A DNA stretch of 62,343 nt, the filler included, from Sphacelaria rigidula (taxonomy: Eukaryota): NCBI GenBank assembly GCA_964200075.2. It is 5 parts of 5 records of this genome, joined end to end, with 100 filler letters (N's around TTAATTAATTAA, not from the genome) between each part and the next. Parts side by side here need not be neighbours in the genome. Positions count along the whole stretch, not along the records: positions 37,468 to 49,855 come from CAXNAA020003828.1; positions 49,956 to 62,343 come from CAXNAA020003829.1; 3 more parts are not named here. One strand, written 5' to 3'. Shown one piece after another: positions 39,367-62,343 of the stretch. Numbering within the stretch: position 1 is the first letter of the stretch; the number at the start of each line of letters is the position of its first letter. A program made the position numbers and the translations under genes. Under the pieces are notes generated by a model. It saw nothing but the letters and a program-made list of their open reading frames with translations, did not search any database and was not told where the DNA came from.

Positions 39367-41166
39367 ATACAAGCAATCTACAAGGATTGCACGATTAGGA
39401 CAAATCAGAATTCATACGAGTCCACTCGCCGTGACGCGCAAGCAGTCATGCTGTATTAATAGTAGGCCCCGCTGAGTCGAGGGTGGATAACACATGTGCA
39501 CCGCAGTCGTCTTGCGCGCATTACAGCTGTGACAAAATTACGCGTGGTTCAGGGCCCATCGGAAGTGAAGAGTCAACCTGTACAACTTGTTATTAGTCCC
39601 GCAATAGCCCGAAGGTGGGAAAAATGTGCGGGCGCTCATCCCCAACAAGTTGGCCGAGCAAGTTGTACATGACGTTCCCGGCGCATGATAATAAGAAGTG
39701 CGTGACATGTACAATCGATGCATCCAAATTTTTAGCGCAAAGTTGACTATGTGCCCATTATTTACCCCGAGAGTCATAAAAGCTATGAAGCGAGAACCTT
39801 CGGGTTATACTGAGCCACGCACAAGCTAAGAAGCTGATGAACTACAAACGATGCACGACTAGTATGATCTATTTGTTGAAATGATGGCTCTGAGTTGACT
39901 CACGAGTTGATTTGTCCTAACCGTGAAGGATTGCGACGCTATAGTTTGGTCATAATCCTTCGATCGCCAGAGGTGGGAAGTAGGTTATGCGCTGATTTGT
40001 CATCATCTTCACTTTGGAAAATGTTTTGAATCAGACGCGGCGCAAGCCATGGCGGTCTAAGGGTTATTTGTTCCCTCAAGATTCGACCCTCATACATTCG
40101 ATCCCAAACCACCTGAAAATCCAGTGTTTCATCAGCTGGTGTCTTGATAAGCACTATATATCAGCCGTCCCATAGTTCCAAGAATGTGTTCCACAGGTTA
40201 CAATACTTTGTATACTTGGGGTATTTACCCGGGTGGTACCCGCACCCGACAGTTCCGTAAGAATTGTACGCAAAAACTTGGACCCTTACCCAAGGTACGA
40301 GTACGAAACTTGTGTAGAAAAATACCCGGTAGCGGGTAAGGTTTTATATGTATATATCTCTATAGCATACCCGACACGCCCTGTGAGTTCTCTTCGAAAC
40401 TTCCACACCAGCACCCGACAATTCTTCAAGTTTTTTGTGCGGAATCTCCTACCCTATCCTAACATACGTCTTCCTCTACAGTACGGAACACCATCTAGCT
40501 TTTGCTGAAAGATCAAAATACGGTAGGTCATGACAATACTCGTACGAACGTTGCCCGCCAATCCTTAGGTAGTTCATGGGCTGTCCGACGTGTGCAGGTT
40601 CAAGCAAGCAATCGATCAATCGATCAATCGATCAATTATGCCATCATCTAATAAGTCAAATCAAAGTGCTCTATGCCATCATCTAGTTGGTGGGGGAAAA
40701 AAACGAGGAAAAAGAAGCAAATACGATCGACAAAATCAGGAAACAGAAAGGGTGCACTCATGAAAAAGTTGAGAAGAGAAGGGCATCAAGAAACAAAAAG
40801 AAGGGAGATCAGTCTAAGAACTAGCATCGGTCCTGGGAAAGGTCCTGATCGACACCCACCACGGCTTGAGTTACGACGCCGGTCGCGAAATCAGCAAGAG
40901 GGGCCATGAAAGCACAGGTCGTGACTCAGTGACGTGGAGAAAGCGCTGCTAGGGTTGAGCATTCTTTACCACCAACTATGGAGGTGGGAGACAGAATGGG
41001 AGACAGACACAAAACACTACTTCGATAAAAATATACGGAGTATATATATATGTATATATATATATGAAGTATATTCTTTTTGTTTTGATGATTTGTTTGA
41101 GTGCCGCACATTATCTGCTGCCCCAAGGGTCCAGCCTCGATCACACGATAAACGTACCCAACATAT

Positions 41167-41300
41167 CAAGGGTCGGACAAATCATGATTCGTCTCCAAAT
41201 TACTTGGCTTTAGTACCATTGATTCGACTCGTACGAATCGGTCTCTGGGCTGTGTTTTCAGCGTTGCAACACAGGTACACGCAGCCCAGACACATGGAGT
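41167..41300 (+). mobile_element. Terminus of a related hAT-like family (other copies ~13614-13745 +, 28261-28326 -, 37468-37589 -)
   Basis: Shared CAAGGGTCGGACAAATCATGATTCGTC...TTACTTGG...GATTCGACTCGT...TTCAGCG...CAGGTACACGCAGCCCAG; resembles the TIR of the 30375 MITE. Confidence 0.7.
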
Positions 41301-41521
41301 GGCACAAAGGTTGCGTGGATACCCCTTGGACCAGCGGTCAATTTATTTTCCCCTTTTGGGCAATCAGGCCGAAGAAATCTTGGATTTGGTGCTTAGTCGT
41401 GATGATTCGTCCAAACCGTGCAACATATGGAACACTGCGCATTACCCCTTTTGGGACCGGACTCCCAGAAACATGGCGTTTGCACACAGAGGCCTTTTCG
41501 GAAATCGGCACCATTTTTAGT

Positions 41522-42234
41522 CGATTTTACGGTCGAACAGCGCCGTGGGAAACAAGGATATCGAAGAGTACCCTATTTTGTCCACCAATGGGGGGTAGGC
41601 GTGCCCAGCAAAAACTAGTAAATCTCTCATGTACCTCATTTTGTCTTCCGCTGTTCCATACTATGTCCAAAGTGTACTTCTATTCGACCACAAATCGGCC
41701 TTCCACAGACGCCGTCCAACCCGCACGTCACGGCACAAAACCGAATGGACGGAAAACTTCTCCAACCCTTCTCATCACCTCTTTCTACGGCCTGAAGACG
41801 CGAGACATCTGCCGAGTGATTGACACAGCGCACGACAGTTTGCAAACGGCCCAAGCAACCAGTCAAATACAGAACATAACGCAAACGGCTATAAGGCAGC
41901 TTGTTGGGTCGTTTACCAACTGTCGTACGGTGTGTCAGTTACTCCGCACATGTCTCGCGTCTTCAGGTCGTAGAAAGAGGGAATAAAAAGGGTTGGAGAA
42001 ATTCTTCGTCCATTCGGTTTTGTGCCGTGACGTGGGGGTTGGACGGCGTCTGTGGAAGGCCGATATTGGTCATATAGAAGTACACTTTGGACATGATATG
42101 AAACAGCGGAAGACAACATGAGGTACAGGATAAACTTACTAGTTTTTGCTGGGTACGATTACCCCCCTTGGTGGATAAAATAGGGTACTCTACGAGACGC
42201 TTGTTTCCCGCGGCGCTGTTCGGCCGTAAAATCG
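41522..42234. repeat. ~710-bp foldback, ~340-bp arms and ~40-nt loop
   Basis: E.g. CACGTCACGGCACAAAACCGAATGGACG / CGTCCATTCGGTTTTGTGCCGTGACGTG; loop ~41861-41898. Confidence 0.9.
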
Positions 42235-42618
42235 CGCTCTTTTTTCGCGAATGTTGGTGCACATGCTCCACATGGGCCGTGGGCGCCTCGCCTTCGCGTA
42301 GGATTGATTTTTGAGTGGTTTGGGCCCAACACGGACAGCTCCAACTTACGCAGTTACCTGTTCCTACTACGTTGGGGTTGAAGTACGTACGAATGTGCTC
42401 ACTTCTGTCTCTTGCCCTTTTTGTTTCATGTGTTTAGACGTACGTCTCACGAACGCCGGTCGGACACTTTGGAACACCAATTAGTTTCGAACACAGAGTT
42501 TTCAGGACTAGGGGACGCCAATATAAGGCCACCGCGTCATACGGGCAATGCAAAAGCTTTGGTCGTGGCGAGAGGTTGACATTTTTTTGTGTGTTGGAGA
42601 CTAGTTGAGGGCTCACAC

Positions 42619-44060
42619 CTTACGAACGCCCGCCTGTGCTCCGATACAGCAGAAAGCGCCCACACCCATCGCGTCGGCCCAGTTCAACACCTCCATATCG
42701 TCGCGAAATCCTGAGCAGAAAACAAGATACATGTAGTACATGAAACGCAAAATACGTGAAAAAAAACAGGAGAAATACAGGAAAATACACAACACAGATA
42801 TAACACATATTGAACGTAAGATATACGATCTATACAAAACTTGAAACGTGAAAAATACGAAAGATACAATAAAACAAAACACAATATATAACATCTGAAA
42901 TACACGAAAGTACATGGGAAAAAATACATGAACACATGAATTACAAGAGGGAAGAAAAAAAACACGAAATACATGAAATTCATTCGAAACCATGAAATGC
43001 ACGAGGAGAAACCTAAAATAATCAGACGCAACCACCAACGCCACACACAAAAATAGAAGTTCTGGAAACCAAACCAGAACTTCTTTTTTCGCAAAATATA
43101 TCAAGTCCTGTTTCGAAGAAGGCTGGTCGATCGTCGTTGGCGTTTGATGATGGTGAATGGAGGTCGCGCCACCACTTGTAAAATTGGCAGTGAAGAAATG
43201 GAGCCTCAAAGTTCTCAATAGATGAGGACTTGGAACACACATCGGGATGCCTAAATAAGAACAACCGTACATTGAAACCTATATCGTGGCTTGCTAGAAG
43301 CCCACAGACGAAATTAGAACTCGAGTCTCACACTCAAGAACAGATTCTTGAACCGTGGCGCTACCCACAATATCGTGGAAGTCTTTTACCACGGAAAATA
43401 AAACTACGGAAAGCGAATTACACATACTGTATCCAAGTTCCAGAGGACCCAAGCCACCACTCGACAGAGTCCGGGTTAATTCTCGTGTGCGTAGAGGTAC
43501 CCTGTAACGAGGAATTCAAATCCCGCGGTCACCTTTCAGTTTTCCAGGACAGTAAGCTAGTTTATTCTTCAGTGCAGTGTGGGTGCTGTTGCATGCCAGC
43601 TACTGTGTCAACTTCAACGAACCAGCATCGCGGGCGGTTGAGAGGACGTTGGTCGCCAAAAACGTTTTTTTTTAGGACGAAACTCGATTCAATAATTATG
43701 CTGGATTGATAATTGATAATTGGTCATTGGTCATTGAATTTTCATATTTGTTTTTTCCTCACACTTTGAACCTTTCTCGTCCCTCGGGATGAGTCCGTGG
43801 TCTCAAGGGACCAACCCATCTCTCCCCCGGTGCGNNNNNNNNNNACTATCAGCACTCCCGCACCGCGTCAACTCGCGTCACACAAACCCACTCGACTACT
43901 TTGATTACTCACGTTCTCACGCCTTCCACGGTGGAAATCATACATGACGAAGAAAAAACTCAACGCGTCGGGAATCGAATCCCCGTTCTCTCCACCCTAA
44001 TGGCGACAGTCGGACAATTACACCACCGGGGCACGGCACATTAAGAACAGGAATCACACC

Positions 44061-44122
<62 letters not shown>

Positions 44123-47100
44123 CGAGCAAGAGATAAGGAAAAAATCGCATAATTCCGTCAGGCACCATTGCGCTTTCTTCACCTCGTTCGGCGAGGTACG
44201 TCCATATGAAGAAAACGACGAAGCTGGTGATGAGACACATCCACAGGTACTCCGTCTCGTGCATCCAAAACACCGGGTTGTTGCCCACCAGCAGATCTCG
44301 AACCGTACCCCCGCCAGTAGCGGTAATCGTCCCTACGATCATGCATCCTGTCACGTTATTTTTTGTTTCCATCACACCAAAACGATAAAATTAAATTAAA
44401 TTAAGCTTCCGAGAAGACAGTGAAAAAGTGCGATTTTTTTGTTGCCGTTGAAACCAACAACACGATGATGGATGGATGATGACGCATCTATCGTTCCGTT
44501 TTTCGGACATGATATTTTCCTGTTGATTTCACTGGATTATGACGATAGTATGGTATGTCAGGAATTTATCGAGACTAACGTCGGAAGCACGTCCCTGATG
44601 CTCCCGGAGTTCCACGATTCCTACTCCCTACACAACATCCACCAAGATGTTGGTCACTCTCCATGAACAAAAACTTGCTAGCTGTCTGGTACTCAACGAG
44701 TGACCTACTCTCTCCAGGACCGTCGACCTTTGTATGCTCCACCCTTTACCCCCGAACGGAGACTTCATACCTAGAGCACGGACACAGAGCCGAAGCCGGA
44801 ACTCTTTCGTCAGCGCAAAGTGTTTTTCCTTACGATCAAAACCGTCATCTAGAGTAGTAGTGTTGGAGCTATGATGAGCAATTTTCCAAGATTTTCACCG
44901 ACACGGGGCTATACTCTGCTGTTTCGTACAAATCATCATCATCATCATTACTTATATCACGATCATAACCACTATTATAACTACGACTACTATTATTGCA
45001 ACTCAACTGGTGAAAATTAGCCACCGAGTTAACTCGATTTCGGGTGAATTGACTTGTCCGACGTATGAAACATTCGGATGCGTGAAGGACCCGCCGGAAG
45101 AAGCAACACCCACAAGTTAGCTCGCAGCGGCAAGGAATACCATAATGCACAGGTCAGGCGTCAATATTTTGCGTCAGGAGATAGACATTATTTCCCGTTC
45201 CTCTCATTCACCTTCTCCTGCTTGCTGTTCTTTGCAGTGCACGACGAGGGTCCCATTGCAGTGCAGATGGATTGCCAACCTCGTCTGACCGCACTATAAC
45301 GGGATCCCACCCTATAACTCTCCCGTCCATGTGATCTATTCATTTTTATGTTCCCTTATTAGTATACGATGAAGGTCCCGTTATGGTGCGGTGCGGTTCA
45401 ATTACTTGACAACAAAAGCTCGGAAACGGTTTGTCTAACCATCAACCAGTTGAATGGTTCCGCGTAGCGCACTCATTAACCATTTGAATGGTACATAATG
45501 GTTTGGTCATCGAGCGGCGCAGCCGCGAGCCAAAAAGTTCCCCTCGGCAGAGAGGCCCCCGCCGGAGGCGCCCCCGGAGGGCCCCGCTGGAGGCGCCATG
45601 CGGGAGGCACGTTCTTACGTGATTTGGCTTTACTATAGCTTAAAAGAACGTGAAATTTGGGTCAACTTTCAAGGGCTGCATGTAGCATACGTAGCCGGTA
45701 ACGGCTGATAAAGCCGGTAACGGTAAATAATGGTTTGAAACCATCACAAATTTTCATATAACCATTAGCATTATTACCATTATAATGATAATGGCCAGTT
45801 ATAACTGGTACCATTTCCGAGCTCTATTGACAACAGTATAGGGGCTCGGAGTTCCGACAAGCGATTTTGACCCACCGCACTATGGCGTGACTCCTCCCGA
45901 CTGTAAAAAAAGTGACAACAACTCACCCAGAAGATCCATGCCCACAGTACCCGCGGTCACCGTACCAGACAGAGCGAACACGGTGGTTCCCATGTAGTCC
46001 AGGCCCCTCAATACGCCCTGCACGCAGGAGGGACATAGTAGTAGCAGCAGCAGCAGCAGCAAGAGAGGCAGCAAGAGATCAATACACAAAAACCGGTATT
46101 ACATACTTGAATCACACCACAATTTTTCATCGGATAACCGTCACATGAGCAGCAGGTCAACAGACTTCTGCAATACAGTGAGTGGGGGTCCCAGCATAGT
46201 GCGGTGGTTTCCGTGCCTGACACGACTGGTATAATACCTGAACACTGGTACGTGCAAGATTGAACATCGAATTTTCGATCGCAAGCGAATCGTTGAGGGT
46301 TTCTGGTTACCACGACTCATCACGGCTCCTGTTCGATCCCAAACACTGAGAGTCGAGAGACATGAGTACCCGACATCAGTTTCGTAAAACAAGGAATTTT
46401 TACGACCAACTTTAAACGAGAAACGGGCTCACCAGCCAGTCATTGTGGGTCCTACAAGTGTATACCCCCCTGTTCTCGCTCGTTGGTATTTGCGCTCGAC
46501 CGGACCAATAAGAATCGTGGTGACGAACAATTCCATGGTTCAGCGTTTGCAATTTTTTCGATGATCATTGTGCGACAGCCGAAAACCATGTTTTTAATCA
46601 CACAAAGGTAAATAACACATCTTCTGGCCGGGAGTTCAAAACCGGCACCCGGCCAGAATTGATGACCCCGTCCAAAATCAAGCAAAGGACGAAAATAATG
46701 TGACGTGTCCTTTTCTACTTTGCCACAGAACAAACACACTCACGCCCGCTCTCTCATGTGCTGCAGCTGTCTCTGTTCTGCGGTGTGTTTGGACCTTGCG
46801 AAGACGGTTTGCTCTCCGCTGGGATTGCCTGAGCTTCTATATCGTCGCTGTGTTCGTCTCAATAGCAACTAAAAACGCTAGTCGAAACGCCGTACTGACT
46901 GTTCTACACACGGGCTGTTGAAAACTTCACGGTGTGCTGGCTGTTTTGTCTTCTGTAAAGCGAACGAGGCGCTGCCCATACCCATCATTTTCATGTAAGG
47001 TCTTCGATCCGTAGACTCCTTCGGTTCTTGTTTTTCAACCCTTGTTTCTTTCATTTTTTCTTCAGATTTTAGAGCTCTTTTTCACATTTTTGGCCGTTTT

Positions 47101-49517
47101 GTTTTTCTTGCCTCTAATTTTTGCTTTTTCAGCTTCAGATTTTTTCTCGGCTTCTAATCATTTTTTTGGCATCGAATTCCGTACTCGGCCTCTGAACGTT
47201 TTTTTAAAACCTATTTGTTTCTTCACCTACCCACCAGCCACCAGGTGGCAGCCGGCCCCCTGTCCCTATAAATGGTTGGTCGTTTGTGGTATGGTGCAGG
47301 GTGTCCTCTCGTCTTACAGGCGGCTGTCAATTTCGAGCCAATTATCACCTCACGATCGACATGCTCTGTCTTCAATCCAACACAGGACACCGACCCACGC
47401 TGCCAATTTTAAGGTCCAGATCATCCTTATTCGGCTACATGTACTGAAAGGTGGAGACCGGCGCCCAGAATAGATGGGACGACAACACAGGCAGGTAAGC
47501 AGGTAGGGAGGTAGGCAGCCCAGCGCACCGCCTCCAGCGAGCTCGGCCTCTTGCATTTTGCCACAATACTAACATATGCCATGCTGCCTTGTATTTTAGA
47601 CGTCGACACTGATGGTTTTGACGTATGGGTAAACGGTCTTCGTTCACATGGTTCCAGATATGATACGAAGTAGCATAGGCGACGTTTTCGTGAGATTGAG
47701 AGAAGAGCGCTACTGAGAGTGGCTTTGATCATTCGCTTCAACTCAGCGACCTTTTCATTCCGTGTGTGCTTTTCTTTGCCTCCATCACTAGCGTGTGCTT
47801 ACAGCTTACACGTGGACATCCTACTCAGGGGTATCAAGGGTCTCAGTGGTAGGCTACTACAGAAAGCATATCGGGCCTCGTGGAGGGGCATATCGGAACT
47901 GAAACGATTCATTCACTAATTGAGCGATTTTCACTCTCAATCGTATCCTGATTTTCTTCACGTGAAATCCAGAGATAAAACGAAGCGCTGTAGCATGCTG
48001 CAGTGTTTATAGAGTCACCGACACTGTGATGGCATTAACGGCAGTCAGCACTGCAGAGAACACTACACTCTCCCCCCTCACTGCTCGTTCCATGACAAGC
48101 ATGCATCCTAAACATCTCGCACAAACACATCCAAAACATAATCCCGTACCTCTGGGATTGTGTTTATTTTGTCTCTGCTATGGCAGCGTACCACGTATGT
48201 GAATAAGAGGGTTGGGGGTCTACTTGACCCCTGCGCTCCTCTTTTCTATTATAATGATGATTTAGCACACTAGCCCGATCTCTCAAATCCGTGGTCAACA
48301 CCTACCGTTCCGTAGGCTTCAGCATCTTCACTGCCATTCCTCACAAGAAATAGAAACGAGTAACAATAAGGGGCTTTTTCTTATACTTGAGAACGAACAA
48401 CAGAAGTTTTTTTTTTCTCAGGGATCAGAACAAACAAAGCAATTACAAGAGAGATGCATCAACGGAGCAGAGGGGGAACAACATCCTCCATATGTTGACA
48501 AAAATTATCGGGTAAGGGGTTGGGGGTCTGGCCTCCCAGAATTGGGCTTGTGAAAAAACCAAAGCTCCCCCGAAAAATACCTTGAAAAAAAGACTATTTT
48601 TTCGCCCTCCCCTACCCCCCCCCAAAAAGGTTATTTTGGTTGAGGCCTACTGTAGGGAGCAAACGTCTATTTATGCTGTTTCTGTCGCTGTGCTGTGACA
48701 TGCGGTCGAAGCCTCTAGGGCACGTTTTGATCTACGCTGGAGAGTGCCTCAACAGCTCTACCGCTGCCGCATTCAGGTCTGTACACAATTGGGGTGGGAC
48801 CACAAAGTGCTGCATAAACAAAAGTTGCAAAAATCACGTGATGGTTGCGCAGTTGTTCATGGCATTCTTCTCTGTTACTTCACTTGCAGTCGGGTGCTGT
48901 GATCGGAAAAGACACACAAGGCGGGTGTCTGCAGGTTATAGGGGCAAACAAACTGAGCCAGCACAGACTGCTGTATCCTCAGCGACTGACGGCCACAGTT
49001 ACTTGTCTGTTTCGTAGCCGCGTAACGTGTGGGTCAATCAGAGACATTTTGCAACTCACACGCATATGTCGTAGCTCTCATATGATTGGTTGGAGGTTCC
49101 CGCATTTTAGTGCTTCGAAACGCTCTGATATTTCCAAGAATGTTACAACTCACTTTTTTTTGCCTCTATTTGTGGGCCCTGTCTCTATCATGTTACCACA
49201 CGGCTGGATCCCTGGGGCATCAGCGAACGTGCGACAATTAATCGACCAATCCAAGAATCTCTCTTTTTACCTGCGGCGAACGGAAAGTCGGGTAACGAGT
49301 CAACCCGTCCTCGGGGGGCTCCATGAACCGGTTTTTTAGGGCTGGCGGGTCCTTGGGCAGCAGTTTCGTCGTTTCGCCATTTTTGCGTTTCCTGGCGTCG
49401 AACTTGTCTACAGTGGATGATGACTCCGATCCTGTAGGCGGTACGCCGGATTTGGAACCTGCGTCTCCGCTGAATGGTCCGCTAAACGGCCCTGTGGACA
49501 TGACGCGCGTCATCCCC
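42619..49517 (-). CDS. UPF0126 / prokaryotic-type trimeric intracellular cation (TRIC) channel-like membrane protein, four internal exons
   Basis: Exons 49517-49271, 46017-45927 (LDYMGTTVFALSG..AG..MDLLG), 44347-44183 (GTITATGGGTVRDLLVG..PVFW), 42710-42619 (WADAMGVGAFCCIGA). All GT-AG and phase-consistent; GGGxxRD signature. The 49.3-49.5 kb exon is assigned by phase and splice sites only. Confidence 0.85.
43772..44037 (-). mobile_element. tRNA-derived SINE in a TRIC-like gene intron
   Basis: Head GCCCCGGTGGTGTAATTG (A-box-like) and GGATTCGATTCCC (B-box-like); body similar to 15130-15300 (CCTCGGGA.GAG.CC.TGGTC...CAACCCATCTCTCC...TACTCACG.TCTCACG). Confidence 0.75.
44060..44123. repeat. (CAA)~21 microsatellite next to the SINE head
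   Basis: Read directly from the sequence. Confidence 0.95.
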
Positions 49518-49562
49518 CTGTTGATGTTTTGACGAGGGAGGGAAGGGGTGGAGGAGTGCGGG

Positions 49563-49855
49563 CGCGGGGGGGGGGGGAGGGGTACCCGTGATCCTGCATG
49601 CCGTAGTCACGAGATCATTGATTTCGCCTCCCTACGAAGCGGGGACGGAGCACGTCGGGTTTTGCCGGACCAACCAGGCTCGCAGTCACCAAGCGTGATG
49701 CGCCGCGATGTGTTTATTCACCGAGTCGCATGGAGGGTGAGCTTTGAGGGGGGACGGGAGGGGGTACGGGGGGGGGGGGGGGGGGGGGTTACTCATGATC
49801 GGGTTTGCCGTCGTCTTGTGACCATTGACCCCGCGCCTGTACAAAGCCAGGCCGG
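49563..49855 (+). repeat. G-tract-headed repeat of ~220-bp unit, tandem here (copies ~12285-12360, 24979-25040 -, ~37295-37367, ~38755-38850, 49956-50090)
   Basis: Shared Gn-TACTCAT...TGCC.TAGTC...GACCATTGACC.CGC.TCCCT; second half CCGGACC..AGGCT.GCA..CACCAAGCG..GCGCCG..CGAGTCGCAT seen at ~49665 and 49956. Confidence 0.8.
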
Positions 49856-50686
49856 NNNNNNNNNNNNNNNNNNNNNNNNNNNNNNNNNNNNNNNNNNNNT
49901 TAATTAATTAANNNNNNNNNNNNNNNNNNNNNNNNNNNNNNNNNNNNNNNNNNNNCCGGACCAGGCTTGCACTCAAGCCACCAAGCGCGAAGCGCCGTGG
50001 TGTGTTCGGCGAGTCGCATTAATGGTACTTATTTGTTGCTTGCCGTAGTCGTTTCACCATTGACCACGCGTCCCTTTCGAGATGGAGCGCTGTTCCTACT
50101 CCTGATAGAGACACATCAAGCATTTGGAGGCTCATCACGTTTCTTCCGCACACTACACAAACAACCTGACATATGTTATCCACGTTTTGTTCCGCCGTCT
50201 GTGGTCACCATGTAGCACTTTCATTTTTTTCGCGGCGTCCTTTGAGCCATGCAAATGTGCTTTCATCCCAATCCCGTCTCTCAGCCCCCCATATATCGCC
50301 ATGTGTTTCTCCTCGCCTACTTTGCGCCTGAGCGCTCCTTTCCCCCTTAATTCTATCGTGCCCCTCCCTTCCGTTTTGTACCCCGCGCCTTCCCCTGTGA
50401 AAAATATCTTGTCTCGATTTCCTCGTATCTCCTACCATACTTGATCGACTTATTTATCCCACCTTGTTCCAGTCTGCCCTTTCGTGACTTTCTTCCACGC
50501 AACCCTCATGATTTCTGCATATTAGCCCCGTCTCTCGAACCCGTTGTCGCAGCCGTAGGCTCGCCGTTCCAGAACCAACATCAACAACCCGTCTTGGGAG
50601 CTGAAATTCACGGAGCCCCAGGAACAGCGAGAACGTGCTTCCAGAAAAATCAATCATAAAAAAAAAGAAAAGGATACAAGAACTCA

Positions 50687-62081
<11,395 letters not shown>

Positions 62082-62343
62082 GATGATATTCAGCTCACGC
62101 TAATATATCCTGCACGAAGGTTGGGTGTTACCGGTACCCTTTTTCGGAGCTGAATGTCACCGCTGGGAATCAGCCCCCCCAAAAAATGCACGATGAAGTG
62201 CACCTGTTTCTCGTTGCACCTGTCGACGGGTGGAAGTCAGTGCGTATGGGGCTACGGGGCTGGAGTTGGAGGCTCCGAGCCCATAGGGTAACCTCTACAT
62301 TGAATTAAATAAAACGCACTGAATTAAATTACGTAAGTAGTCG

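Noticed and set aside
41784..41817. Hammerhead-like CTGAAGA-CGC-GAGAC (also CTGATGA at ~21402 and ~55697)
   Set aside because: Each lacks the GAAA core, a valid cleavage triplet or stem I pairing.
40934..41986. 350-aa ORF
   Set aside because: It spans an AT-rich low-complexity stretch, a MITE end and one foldback arm, and shows no protein motifs.
43955..44037. Functional tRNA gene
   Set aside because: A- and B-box-like motifs are present but there is no cloverleaf, and it continues into a repeated SINE body.

Overview
Eukaryotic, intron-rich DNA, most likely a brown alga or other photosynthetic stramenopile (bipartite plastid presequence, long introns, TTAGGG-type motifs). The window is not one locus. 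It is five separate scaffolds of 12389, 12389, 12389, 12388 and 12388 bp joined by an artificial N44-TTAATTAATTAA-N44 linker. Segment 1: 5' part of a plastid type-A FtsH (one 1836-bp exon) and the last two exons of an SDR dehydrogenase. Segment 2: 11 phase-consistent exons of an EML5/6-like HELP/WD40 protein, with one inferred GC-AG intron. Segment 3: an orphan first exon with a signal-like peptide, a hAT-type MITE with an 8-bp TSD, and a decayed Ty1/copia element lacking integrase. Segment 4: four exons of a UPF0126/prokaryotic-TRIC-like membrane protein and three unrelated long foldback palindromes, one abutting telomere-type repeats. Segment 5: first five exons of an ALDH10/betaine aldehyde dehydrogenase, with a 1.75-kb long-inverted-repeat element in intron 1. 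tRNA-derived SINEs, MITEs and microsatellites are scattered throughout. I cannot support a clearly new biological system. The best leads are the telomere-abutting composite palindrome, the density of foldbacks, and a G-tract tandem repeat found at several scaffold ends. Family assignments are from recalled motifs, not database searches.
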